From Octopus sinensis (taxonomy: Eukaryota), in NCBI RefSeq assembly GCF_006345805.1, contig NC_043020.1, forward strand, positions 20,460,001-20,524,000: 64,000 nucleotides of DNA, written 5' to 3'. Position 1 is the stretch's first letter; every line of letters starts with the position of its first letter. Positions 1 to 11,000 of the stretch are shown here, one piece after another. The position numbers and the translations under genes are program-made. Below the pieces are notes generated by a model. It had not been told where the DNA came from. It did no database searches and saw only the letters and a list, made by a program, of their open reading frames with translations.

Positions 1-160
1 ATATTATTCTTTTATGCGTTTCCGTCATCTGACTGTTGCCATGCTGGAGCACTGCCTTTAGTCGAACAAATTGACCCCAGAACTTATTCTTTTGTAAACC
101 AAGTACTTATTCTATTTGTCTCTTTTGCTGAACTGTTAAGATATAGGGAATAAACACATC
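1..160 (-). mobile_element. 3' part of an abundant tRNA-derived SINE (octopus-type)
   Basis: Reverse complement of the 3' half of the SINE seen on + at 35719-36076 and 54293-54645 (shared motifs such as aagtacc/gtactt, gtcgaacaaattgacccc, tcagtcat/gactgaaac). Confidence 0.6.
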
Positions 161-348
161 TCTGAGCAGGTATCGCCATGACAACTTCTCTGTCATGATC
201 AATGCAATGATCACATGCTACACACCTTCCTTCCAAGCACTGCTGTGAACAGCAGAAGTGAGCTAGAATGTTAAAACTTAGTGCACCTGCACAGCAGCGT
301 TTAAGGTCAATCTTTGCAAAGAGGCTTCACTCTGCATGCTTTGTCTTT

Positions 349-362
349 GTTACTATGGCAAC
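349..362. promoter_or_regulatory. RFX X-box-like motif GTTACTATGGCAAC
   Basis: Fits the RFX consensus GTNRCN-N0-3-RGYAAC; no associated gene identified. Confidence 0.3.
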
Positions 363-407
363 AGCCCAGATACTTATTGATCAGACCTTATTTATATATA
401 TATATAT

Positions 408-816
408 ATAATGTAAAGTATAGAAGCCATCTTATCATGGTTAACCACATTGGGGAGGGGGTTGTTACTGTAGCTTTATAGCCCCAAGAGATCTTCGTCT
501 CTAGCTGGCTCTAAACACAATATCTGTGTCTTTGGAGTATTTGCAAAGGGAGGCCATCCCTTCCTCGCAAGCCTGAGTGATACGCTCGAACTGGTTACCG
601 CCCGTTGACGAGGGACAACCATCCCGAAACTAGTTCGAGCGTATCACTCAGGCTTGCAAGGAAGGGATGGCCTCCCTTTGCAAATACTCCAAAGACACAG
701 ATATTGTGTTTAGAGCCAGCTAGAGACGAAGATCTCTTGGGGCTATAAAGCTACAGTAACAACCCCCTCCTCAATGTGGTTAGCCATGATAAGATGGCTT
801 CTATACTTTACATTAT
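408..816. repeat. Long inverted repeat (189-bp arms, 31-nt loop), probably a Penelope pseudo-LTR foldback
   Basis: 408-596 pairs with 628-816 with no indels and 4 mismatches (441/783, 453/771, 566/658, 593/631). The left end abuts (TA)n. A hammerhead motif spans the loop. Confidence 0.95.
596..643 (+). ncRNA. Minimal type I hammerhead ribozyme motif (C3U and U17 variant)
   Basis: UUGACGA 605-611; helix II GGGA/UCCC with CAACCA loop and G10.1-C11.1; GAAA 626-629; palindromic CUAG helix III; GUU triplet 633-635; helix I CGCCCG 599-604 / CGAGCG 636-641. Confidence 0.7.
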
Positions 817-1149
817 CGAGCGATTACTGTTTCAATCTCATTCTGAGATTTAATTATGCCTATATATATATATATATATATATACAAATGTATGTACATG
901 TGTTTATGTGAGTGAGTTCTTATTTGCCTGCATTCTCACATATATTTGCTGGTTTTAAACAACAGCCTTGCTGCTCATGTAAACGGTGCCATTTGTTTCC
1001 AATTCTTCATGTAACTACATCTGGGCAGTTTGACTAGGAGATTATTAACCTTGCTTGAAAGCTTGTTGGGGTAGCTAACAGGAAGTGTACCCAGATGTAG
1101 AAAACACTGCTGCAAGCATACAAAAGTAGACATTTAGAAGATGATCATG

Positions 1150-1250
1150 AGACATATATATATATATGTACACACACACACATATATAGATACATACATA
1201 TAAATATATATGCATACATGTACATACTTATACATCAATAGATCTGTGTA

Positions 1251-1300
<50 letters not shown>
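1150..1300. repeat. Compound (TA)n/(TG)n/(GA)n microsatellite
   Basis: Directly visible dinucleotide runs. Confidence 0.9.
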
Positions 1301-1305
<5 letters not shown>

Positions 1306-1360
1306 AAATGCTCTGGGTTTGTTCAGACAGCAAAATGTGAATGTAAGGACTTGATGAAAG

Positions 1361-1460
1361 TTAACAAAGAGCACTGTCAGATGAACTCAGTAACAACGAG
1401 GTGAAAGATTTCAGCGTGTTCTGACAGGACTTGTTTGTAGAGTGTATACAACTAGAGACT
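1361..1460 (-). CDS. Possible terminal coding exon of an unidentified gene
   Basis: Acceptor ttactcAG is phase-compatible with the 2019-2302 exon, giving E-VSSCIHSTNKSCQNTLKSFTSLLLSSSDSALC*. No homology recognised. Confidence 0.15.
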
Positions 1461-2018
1461 CTGAGTAACAGGTGTGTGTGTGTACGTGTGCACATGTGTG
1501 TGTGTGTACGTGTGCACATGTGTGTGTGTGTTGTGTTACAGGTGTGAAACAAAGGCAATATATAAATAAATGCCATCAGTAGTTTGTAGGACATTGGTAG
1601 AGCTTGGTTTGTGAATATTCAACGTCAGATTAGAAGACAGATTGTTGCAATTGAACAAATATTGATTACATAAACAAGGTGAGCATATTTTGATGTTGGA
1701 GAGGTGACTGAGGAAAGGACATGGCAAGAATAATCTAGGGAAGTATCATGAAAGATTAAGACAACTGAACCACCCACACAAATGTGACATGTAGAATAGG
1801 GTAAGCATCATGATTATGACAATGATGATGCCAATGGAAATATCGCTGATAATAATAATGATGTTGATAATGACAATGAAGAAAATGATGATAGAAATAA
1901 AAACAGGAAAGGAAAATGATTTACTTTAATATTTGTGGCTATATCTTTATAATTCCATGCTAGCATGGATGAAGTGAGTGTTTTTGAGGACAATTGCACA
2001 GTTGGTACTTCCCCTTAC

Positions 2019-2302
2019 TCAGCTAGGAATTGAGGTAAACATTGGAATGTTCCCAGAAGTTCAATTGCCATAAGATGTGAAGAATCTAAATCCTTGGCTC
2101 TTGTTCTTTGTGAAGTTAGACAACATAAGAATCTTCCCTCATCACAAGCAATTACAATTATTAAAGCCTTCTTGAAATTCTTGTAAGGAGGCTGCAACTG
2201 GAAGAAACTGATAAAGATTTCAATCAGTGGACCATTAGTAGTTTCTTCAGATTCTAGACTTTGTCCTGAGGTAAACATAGTGAAAGATCCATTCTTTTCC
2301 AT
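2019..2302 (-). CDS. Candidate internal coding exon, unidentified protein
   Basis: Open frame MEKNGSF...PQFLA bounded exactly by acceptor tttttgcaaattAG and donor GTaagg; not TE-like; protein not recognised. Confidence 0.35.
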
Positions 2303-3034
2303 CTAATTTGCAAAAATCACAAAATTTAAAATAGATGTTAGATTATAATGGAGCTATAATGGAGTAGAATAAGGTCCACCCAAACAAGTTGACCATCTGT
2401 CTGTCTGTCTGTCTCTCTATCTCTCCCCTCCCCTTTCTCTCTCTCTCTCTATATATATATACATACAGAGAGACACACACACACACAAATATTTATTGTG
2501 TGTGTATATTCTTAGTGTTTTGGGCCAAACCCCACTATGTCATACACTGAGAGGTTACAGATAGCATTAATCCTTCAGTAAGCAGATAAGTACATGTACA
2601 TTTAATCCAAAGAAGAGATGAACAAAATAACATTGCAGGATAGTATATAGAAGCACATTTGTTCAGTTAGCAGCTTGATGTGTTTCAATCCCTGGTGAGG
2701 AAAAATTAAAGAATTAGTAATAAAGATATTATGAAGCAACAAAACAGAAAGGAAATCACTTTTATTTATTCAAATTTCAAGTGTTATTGTTTACAAGTGT
2801 TTACACAAATATCTCAGTGGCTACTTTATTATTTAAAAGTACACGTTTGTGTGTGTGTGTTGGGCACAAAAATACATTGCTGTGCTCCACCCATCGTCTA
2901 TCACCCCAGCACTCACACTGTCCCCCAATTATTTCCTTCCAGTATCATCCAACATCATTATATCCCTATCAATAACATTTTATATGTGTGTTAAGCAATA
3001 TCTCAAACACTATTGCAGAAATATGAAATTAGAA

Positions 3035-3680
3035 TGAAGAAGAAGAAGAGGAAGAGGAGGATAGAAAGGTAATCATGAGAAAATGGACGTGATGAAAAGA
3101 ATAAAAGATTTCTGACTAAAATAAGCCATTGCAGATCTTCAATGGTCTTATTTAGACTGATTGGCTTTCTATGGAGGTTTTGGAGTGGGGAGGGATGGGG
3201 GATAGGGTGTGTGTATGTGTGAAAGAGGAGAAAGGGAGAAACAGATGCATGCATCTGTGTATGTATATCTATCTATATATCTATCCACACACACACACAC
3301 ACACATGCACATGCATGTATACATGTGAGAAAGATGACTGTGGAATATGAAATAATTAAAGAATTAGTAATAAAGATATAATGAAGTAAGAAAATAGAAA
3401 GGAAATAAATGTGAATGAAATAATGATGAAGTAGGACAGAAATATAAATGGTAGAGAGAGAGAGAGAGAGAAAGAGGGAGAGAGAGAGCAAAAGAGGAAT
3501 AAGAAAGATGACTGACAGGATGAAGGAAATGAGAGAGAACAGAGAGGGGGAGGGAGAGAGAGAGGTGGGAAAGGAGAGAGCAAAAGAGGAATATGAAAGA
3601 AAGATGACTGACAGGATGAAGGAAATGAGAGAGAGAGAGGGAGGGAGGGAGGGAGAGAGAGAGAGGTGGGGAAGGATGTT
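3035..3680 (+). repeat. Purine-rich low-complexity region with local duplications
   Basis: (GAA)n/(GA)n tracts; aagaaagatgactgacaggatgaaggaaatgagagaga occurs twice (about 3500 and 3597). Confidence 0.8.
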
Positions 3681-4734
3681 ATAATGAATCATAAAAATTG
3701 TGGACATCTGTTTGATGGAGATTTCTACTGATGAATTCATGTTAGTATTTAGGTTAGAAATAATGGAAACAGTAAGGAATGCAGTTCTTTATTTATTCAT
3801 ATAGTTATTCTTATTTTAAGCAGGAGATGACAATTATAATTGTCAACTGTCGATGGTCAGAATCACAACAGTGTCAAGCCCTTTCTGTTCAGGGTTCAAA
3901 TCCCATCAACAGCTATTTTACCTTCCATCCTTCTGGACTTGGTAGAATAAAGTATCAGTCAAGTACTGGGGTCAATTCAATATTCTTATAAAAGAATGGA
4001 ATTATAAGAGAAGAGACACACAAACAGTAACGCTTCATAACTCTTTTGAAGAGAAAGAGGCAGTGCCCTTAGTTTTTGTTTTTGGTTTTTTTTAAGGTTA
4101 TCGTTTAAGGGTGGATGCAAAAGTGGATGGGCAAGGTTACTATCAATAATATTTAGTTTCACCAGTTGCAAGTCCAAATATATATTTGATTGGATACTGC
4201 ATGTATTATATGTAAATCTTGTGAGTGATGTCTTGCAAACAACTTGCACATGCAAGTGCTACCAGTCAAAAACTCCGCATACCGGAAGCCAGCAAGTGTA
4301 TGGGGTCATCAGAAGAGAATGCGTGCCGTTTCTGGGCCTATCTCTCGACGGCATCAATGCGCACCAGCCCCACTCACTAATATGAGGTCCCTCTTGCTAG
4401 ATCAGCTGGTTATCAAATAAAGCTCAAAATCCTTCTAGCCATTGCTCATTGTCTCTTTTAAACCAAATCCACTGTAGATGTAGATGTGTGTGTAATATAA
4501 ATGTAGACACTATATGTAGAAATGTATGATACACATGTCCACTCCTGGCCTACAGAGTCCTCTTGCTGCCTTTTCCACTGCGACTACAGTGACCTCTGCT
4601 CTCTGGAGCAGGCTTGTCTCATGTCAGCTTAATGTGGGTGCTCCTAAATCACTCATTTCTCTTTATTTCATCATCGTTTTTGGTGTTCCTCTTTGGACTG
4701 AAAATTGTGAAACTGCAGAAACTGGCCAAATCAA

Positions 4735-4880
4735 TACCCAGCTTCTTACTTTTATCTTTTACTTGTTTCAGTCATTAGACTGTGGCTATGCAGGGGCACT
4801 ACCTTGAAGAATTTTTAGTCAAACAAATTGATTCCAGTATTTAAAAAAAATTTTTAAGCCTGGTATATTTTCTTTAGAAT
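4735..4880 (-). mobile_element. SINE 3' fragment
   Basis: tttatcttttacttgtttcagtcatt...ggggcact..ttgaagaatttttagtc is the reverse complement of the SINE tail at about 36000-36076. Confidence 0.6.
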
Positions 4881-6519
4881 CCATAGTTTGGTGAGGCAAC
4901 TATTGTACCTTGTTTACTGAAATTGTGGATTCAAATTCAGCCACATCCATTTTTCTCTTAGACTGTCTTCAGTTTTGTTCCACAGTAAAAATTGTGAATA
5001 TAGAGTGTGTGCAGTGAAATGCCTTTAAATGTTTGATAAAAGAATAGTAAAGATGGTTTAATTCTTGCTGCAAAAATTGAAAAATAACAGATAACAATTC
5101 TTGAGGTTGAAGAGGTGACAAATATGAAACAAAGAATATAATTTTCAAAGTAGTTCTCTCCTAAGACTGCACCTACAATTCTTGCTATGTGAATTGCATA
5201 CAATCTCAAATACTATAGCAAAAATACAATTTTAAAAAAATTGTGTATTTCATGGTTTTGCAGAAATTTCTAATAATCTTGCAGTTTTCAAACCAACCAT
5301 GGAAATTCTATGGACACTGCTCATTATTTATATTAGAGTGCTGACAACATGCCTTGTGATACTAGTTATATGGCTTTACATTCTGAGTTCAAATACCAGA
5401 CATATATTTTGGAGGGGGGGGGGCTTGATAAACTAAGTACTAATCAAGATACACATATATAAATGTACATACACACAAGCCCTCACACACATTCATGTAT
5501 ATGCACAAATGTATATATGTACCGGTGCCACTCAGTAAAGTGGTTGGTGTAAGGAAGGACATTCAGCCATAGAAATCAAGTTTAAAATGAAACTTTACTT
5601 GATGTGTATTTGTGTATTTGTATCTCATCCTTGTAATGCTCTCAATGTCTTGGGCCTTTGCAAATAAATGAAATTTACATCATCATCATCATTTTTTTTT
5701 AATTGCCCCATTACTATTTTGAGGACATGAATGCTATAAAACTTCATTCTCTTGCTTTATAAATATATGGCCTTCTAGCTAACCTAAAAACCAGAATTAT
5801 TATAATTTTATGTATGTACGTGAAACATATATTGTTGCAACTGCAGTTGTTATTGTTATTGCAACTAGTGATGTAATCTAATTTTTTTTAATTTTAACTA
5901 TCATATTTAGGTATGATGGCAATATACTACACTGAATTTAGAAATTAAATAATTCAGAGACATGAGCCACATAGAAAGCAATAAATTTGTGTAAACATAT
6001 GCAATACATGGAGTTTCTATGTTACTTGAATTAAATATTTTAATAATAAATTATATTTCATGAACTGAACTTCAGTTTGAAATATGCAAAGGAAATTTTT
6101 GGAAGAAAATATAGCTGTTTAAGATGAAGAAGCCATTAATATAAAACTGTCTTTGGAGAGACCTCCTATCTAGGAGACTTTAACAGAGACACAATGTGAC
6201 CCTATTTGCCAATGACTATAAAATGCAAACCAAGGAGGATTATAAACATCACCATGACAATGCATAATCTAATCCTTGCTGGAATTTATGACAAATGAAT
6301 GGTTTTGAAGTCTGTATAAGAGTAGCAATGTGTAGATTGAATGTTCTGAAAGCATAAAAATGGTGTTCACCATAAAACACCGAAAAAATCTGATAAAATG
6401 ATTGTTGATAGAGAGAATACTGCACATTTTCATAGCTACGGTTATAATCAGAAGCATACAGTCCTTAAACATCTCCAGACAATTGATAACTACTCATAAA
6501 TTTGATTAGAAATCTCAAT

Positions 6520-7190
6520 AATGATTTGATTTAAGCATAAGGACAGCAACTTTGAGGGGAAGAAGAGTAGTTGATACCTTCAACCCTATGACTTAACTGA
6601 TACTTTATTTCATCAACCCTGGAAGAACAAAAAGCAATGATAACCTAGGTGGGATTTGAAACCAAAATGTAAGGAACCAGAATAAATACTACATTGCATT
6701 TTATCCAACACTAATGATTTTGCCAGCTCAGCATCCTAATAACAATAATGACTGTTTCAAAGTTTGGCACAAGGCCAACAATTTAGATGAAAGGGGTAAG
6801 TCAAATACATCAACCCCCAGTGCTCAACTGGTACTTATTTTATTAATCTGGAAAGGATAAAAGGCAGAGCTGACCTCAGTGGAATTTGAACATAAAGACG
6901 GATGAAATACCACTAAGCATTCTGCTTGTGTGCCAACAAGTCTGCCAGCTCACCACCTCAACAATAATGATAGTGGTTTCAAATTTTGGTACAAGGCCAG
7001 CAATTTCAAGGGAGGAATAAGTCAATTAGATTGACTCCAGTGTTAAACAAGTACTTGTTTTATTGACCCCAAAAGAATGGAAGACAAAGTTCAACTCCAG
7101 TGGGATTGAACTCAGAATGTAAAGACAGACAAAACGCCACAAAGCAATTTGTCTGGTGCACTAGCAATTCTGCCAGCTCACTTCCTCAAT
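6520..7190 (-). mobile_element. Three head-to-tail copies of a ~220-bp tRNA-derived SINE
   Basis: Copies at about 6520-6737, 6750-6960 and 6975-7190 share ggcacaagg..gcaa, gatttgaa (B box gttcaaatc on the minus strand) and tgccagctca (A-box head); they are separated by short AAT runs. Confidence 0.75.
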
Positions 7191-7204
7191 AATAATAATA
7201 ATAG

Positions 7205-7752
7205 TGGCTCAGTACCAGGCAGTGGCTCTCATGGCTTCTGATCTGAATTGATTGGAAGTGTTATCATGTACACGGTTTTGTCTTGGTATAAAAAATGGGC
7301 TACAGCAAATATTCTGCCTAGTACCACAGATTTGCTTGTCAGTTGATTGACCTTAACCAGTTGAGTATGTCCCTTAGTAGCTGATGATATGCGCATTTCT
7401 GATCACAAGGAGAAGTAGTGGGAGAGCATCATAGCCATGTGTTGAGAGGAATTCTTTTGGGTTTGGATAATTCACCTTTGGAAGCATGGGTGTTTTGCTC
7501 AACATCCTTAAACAACCATTATTCAGGGACCTTTTGAGCAGAAGGGCTACTTAAACTGAGGAAAATTCTAACTGGGACCTATCTGCAAGGCCATGCACTG
7601 TTTATCTTGATATGAAATTACCATGTTATGCACATATAGTTGTGATACATGTGCTTGGTGTACCCTTATCAGATGGGTAGTCATGATGGGTATACTGGGC
7701 TTCATATATTTTACCCTAGTGCCACTTTGATGGCATGCACTGCTTGCTCACT
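7205..7752. mobile_element. Non-coding ~550-bp interspersed element bounded by (AAT)n/(GAT)n, unclassified
   Basis: Sharp composition change between microsatellite flanks, no ORF; resembles a recurrent octopus repeat from memory. Confidence 0.45.
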
Positions 7753-7789
7753 TGATGATGATGATGATAAAAATAATAATAATAATAAT

Positions 7790-8012
7790 AATCTTTTCTA
7801 CTAAAGGCACAAGGCCTGAAATTTGGGGGGAGGGGACAAGTCAATTACATTGACTCCGGTGTTTTACTGGTACTTAATTTATCAACCCTGAAAGGATGAA
7901 AGGCAAAGTTGGTCTCAATGGAATTTGAACTCAGAACATAGTGAGAGACAAAATACAGCTAAGTATTTCACCTAGCATGCTTAGTAAAGTACTAATGATT
8001 CTGACAGCTCAC
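7790..8012 (-). mobile_element. tRNA-derived SINE, same family as 6520-7190
   Basis: ggaatttgaactc (B box on minus), cagctcacagcc head, AAT tail on the left. Confidence 0.75.
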
Positions 8013-8016
8013 AGCC

Positions 8017-8060
<44 letters not shown>

Positions 8061-8092
8061 GATAATAATAATGATAATAATAATAATAATAA
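8017..8092. repeat. (AAT)n microsatellite, 5' target flank of Dong
   Basis: Directly visible. Confidence 0.95.
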
Positions 8093-11000
8093 GGGAAGAC
8101 ACCGGGGACATTTAAGAGAAGACACCGGGGACGTTTAAGATATAAGAAGGAAAATACAGAGCTCCGAAATCTATCCACAAACATCGAAAACAAGGACACC
8201 CTATGGAGCCAAAGATTTACTAACAAAGAATTGGACTATATCCGAGTAAGTAATACGAATTGAAATTTATTACTATTTTCGAAACGAAATGATGTATTTT
8301 GACTCGATATTATCTCCACCTCTAACACAACACATGTAAACATGCGTGGAACAACACGATCACCCCCGACCTCAACCACCATGTACAAAGGAACTACGAA
8401 GAAATTAAATGCCACCGATACTATTCAACCCAAGAATAACAATCGAGTGGTACGTACATTAAACCTACAACAAAAAATGTACGAAAAACTACACGTGCAA
8501 AATAATGTGACAACAGAAATAAACGGACCGGTACCCTACGAAAATGACGACCGTCAAAATAATGGGCCGGACGTTGTACCTCATGTCCCGCAATTAAAAC
8601 CCAAAAGACGTAAATGGACACGTGAGGAATACATTTCTATCTTACACGCATACTTCACAGCAATGCTCTACCCACAAAATGAAAATACAACAACACATAC
8701 ATATAAAATATGGAAGGAAAATAATAGAGATATAGACTTGGATACAGCAATGAACCCTAATAAATTAGCTAACGTACGAAGATACATTCTCAAAGCCAAA
8801 AAAATATCAGAAATAGAAATAGAACATTTAAAAGAAAAAATACACCAGGAAAATGTAGATAGAAGCCACACAACAATGCCCAATAATATAAACACTGAAA
8901 CCGTAAAACACGAAGACAAACGCAACATTCCCAACAAACACGATGTAAACAACGAAGGGGAGCCTAATGATTATGATAATATAAAAAATAAAATAATCAA
9001 AGAAAAAAACCACAGAGCTCAAAATGGACCACCGACCATACCTCCCAAGAATAAAAATAAACGCAATAACAACACCAATTATAAACAACATAAACCTAGC
9101 CGTCACTGAACTAGCCACTGAAACAAAAAAAAGTGATATCACTGAACTAAATGACTTGATATACGCAGCAGCCACTGCAGCCACAAAAGAAGCTGGATAC
9201 TCACCCAAACCCGCCCAAACAGGAGTACCACCACCCAAACAACCCTGTGGATAAATAACATCCAAAACAAAATAAAAAAATTAGAAAAGACCTGTCGATT
9301 CTTAATGAAATCAGCAAACAAGCAACGCTACTGAGCAACAAAAAGAGAACAAAAATGCTCCGCAAATATAACATTACAGAAAAAGATTTGCCGGAGATAA
9401 AAGAAAAGCTGAAGCAAGATATCCTTGCCAAAGCTCAAAGGATCCGCCGATACGAGAAACGCCAACGCTTCTTTGAACAGAACAAAAAGTTCAACTCCGA
9501 CCCCAAAAAGTTCTACCAAGAACTGGGCAAAAATAAAATAGAAGTCACTGCAGCACCAACGGCAGAAGAATTGGAAGAATTCTGGAAAGAAATATGGTCG
9601 GCGAACGAACAGCCAAAGAAAAGGAGTATGAAAATAACAAACTCGGCATCTGAACAACTTTGGACCCCCATAACAACTGAAGAGGTCACCCAGGCACTGC
9701 AAAAACTAAGCAACTGGAAGGCACCTGGGCATGACAAGATCCCCAACTTCTGGTTGAAATATCTAACAGGAATGCACAAAAAGCTGGCTGAAAACTTTAA
9801 CACGTACTAGCAGAGCCAGAGACAATGCCTGAATGGCTCACGAAGGGGAAAACCATCTTAATTCCCAAATCAAATGAAACAACAAAACCAGAAAACTACA
9901 GACCAATAACCTGCCTCCCTACTATGTTCAAGGCATTTACTGCAGTGATATCGCAAAGGCTGAACAAGCACCTGGACGAAAACAAACTGTTCCCAGAAGA
10001 GCAGAAAGGATGCCACAAGGGCTCATATGGCTGTAAAGATCAACTAATGATTAATAAAGCCGTAACTGAAAACAGCCACAGAAAGAAGAAAGGCCTCAGT
10101 ATGGCCTGGATTGACTACAAAAAGGCGTTTGATAGCATACCCCACACATGGATCCTTGAAACACTAGCCATTAACAAAGTAGCACCAACAATCATAAAAT
10201 TCATAGAGCACTCTATGAATAAATGGCAAACAGTCCTACACCTCCAAACAAAAGAGGGACTCATGAAAACCAAAGACATCCCCATTAGAAGAGGAATATT
10301 CCAGGGAGACACGCTCTCTCCACTCCTTTTCTGCTTGGCACTGTCACCTCTATCTGATATGCTAAATAGAACTGGATGCGGATATAAATGTTACGGCAAA
10401 ACGATCAGCCACCTTTTATATATGGATGACCTAAAACTATATGCTGCAAATGACAAACAGCTGGAAACACTATTAAAGACAGTTCATGGATTTACCAAAG
10501 AAATAGATATGAAATTTGGATTAGAAAAATGCGCCAAAGTAACTCTGAAAAGAGGAAAACTAGTTAAGAGTAACAACATCACACTAGATAAAACCAATGA
10601 AATAAAAGAATTAGACCAAAGCCAAACTTACAAATACTTAGGAATCCATGAACTAGATAAGACACAACACACACAAATGAAAGAGAAAATAAAAAAAGAA
10701 TATTATAGACGAGTTAGATCAATACTAAAAACAGAGCTCAATGCTAAAAACAAGATAATAGGTATCAACACTTTAGCTGTCCCAGTTATAAGTTACAGCT
10801 ACAATATCCTTAACTGGACACGAAATGAACTGTCCAAAATAGATAGGAAAACAAGAAAAATACTGACAGGATCTAGGATGCATCACCCAAAATCTGACAT
10901 AGAAAGACTATATATACAACGTATAGAAGGTGGTAGAGGCCTTATACAGCTGGAAAACTACTATAAAATAACCACCATAGGACTGCAAAAATACCTACTT

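Noticed and set aside
3273-3740. S/L/F-rich and E/R-rich ORFs
   Set aside because: Translations of GA/CT low-complexity sequence.
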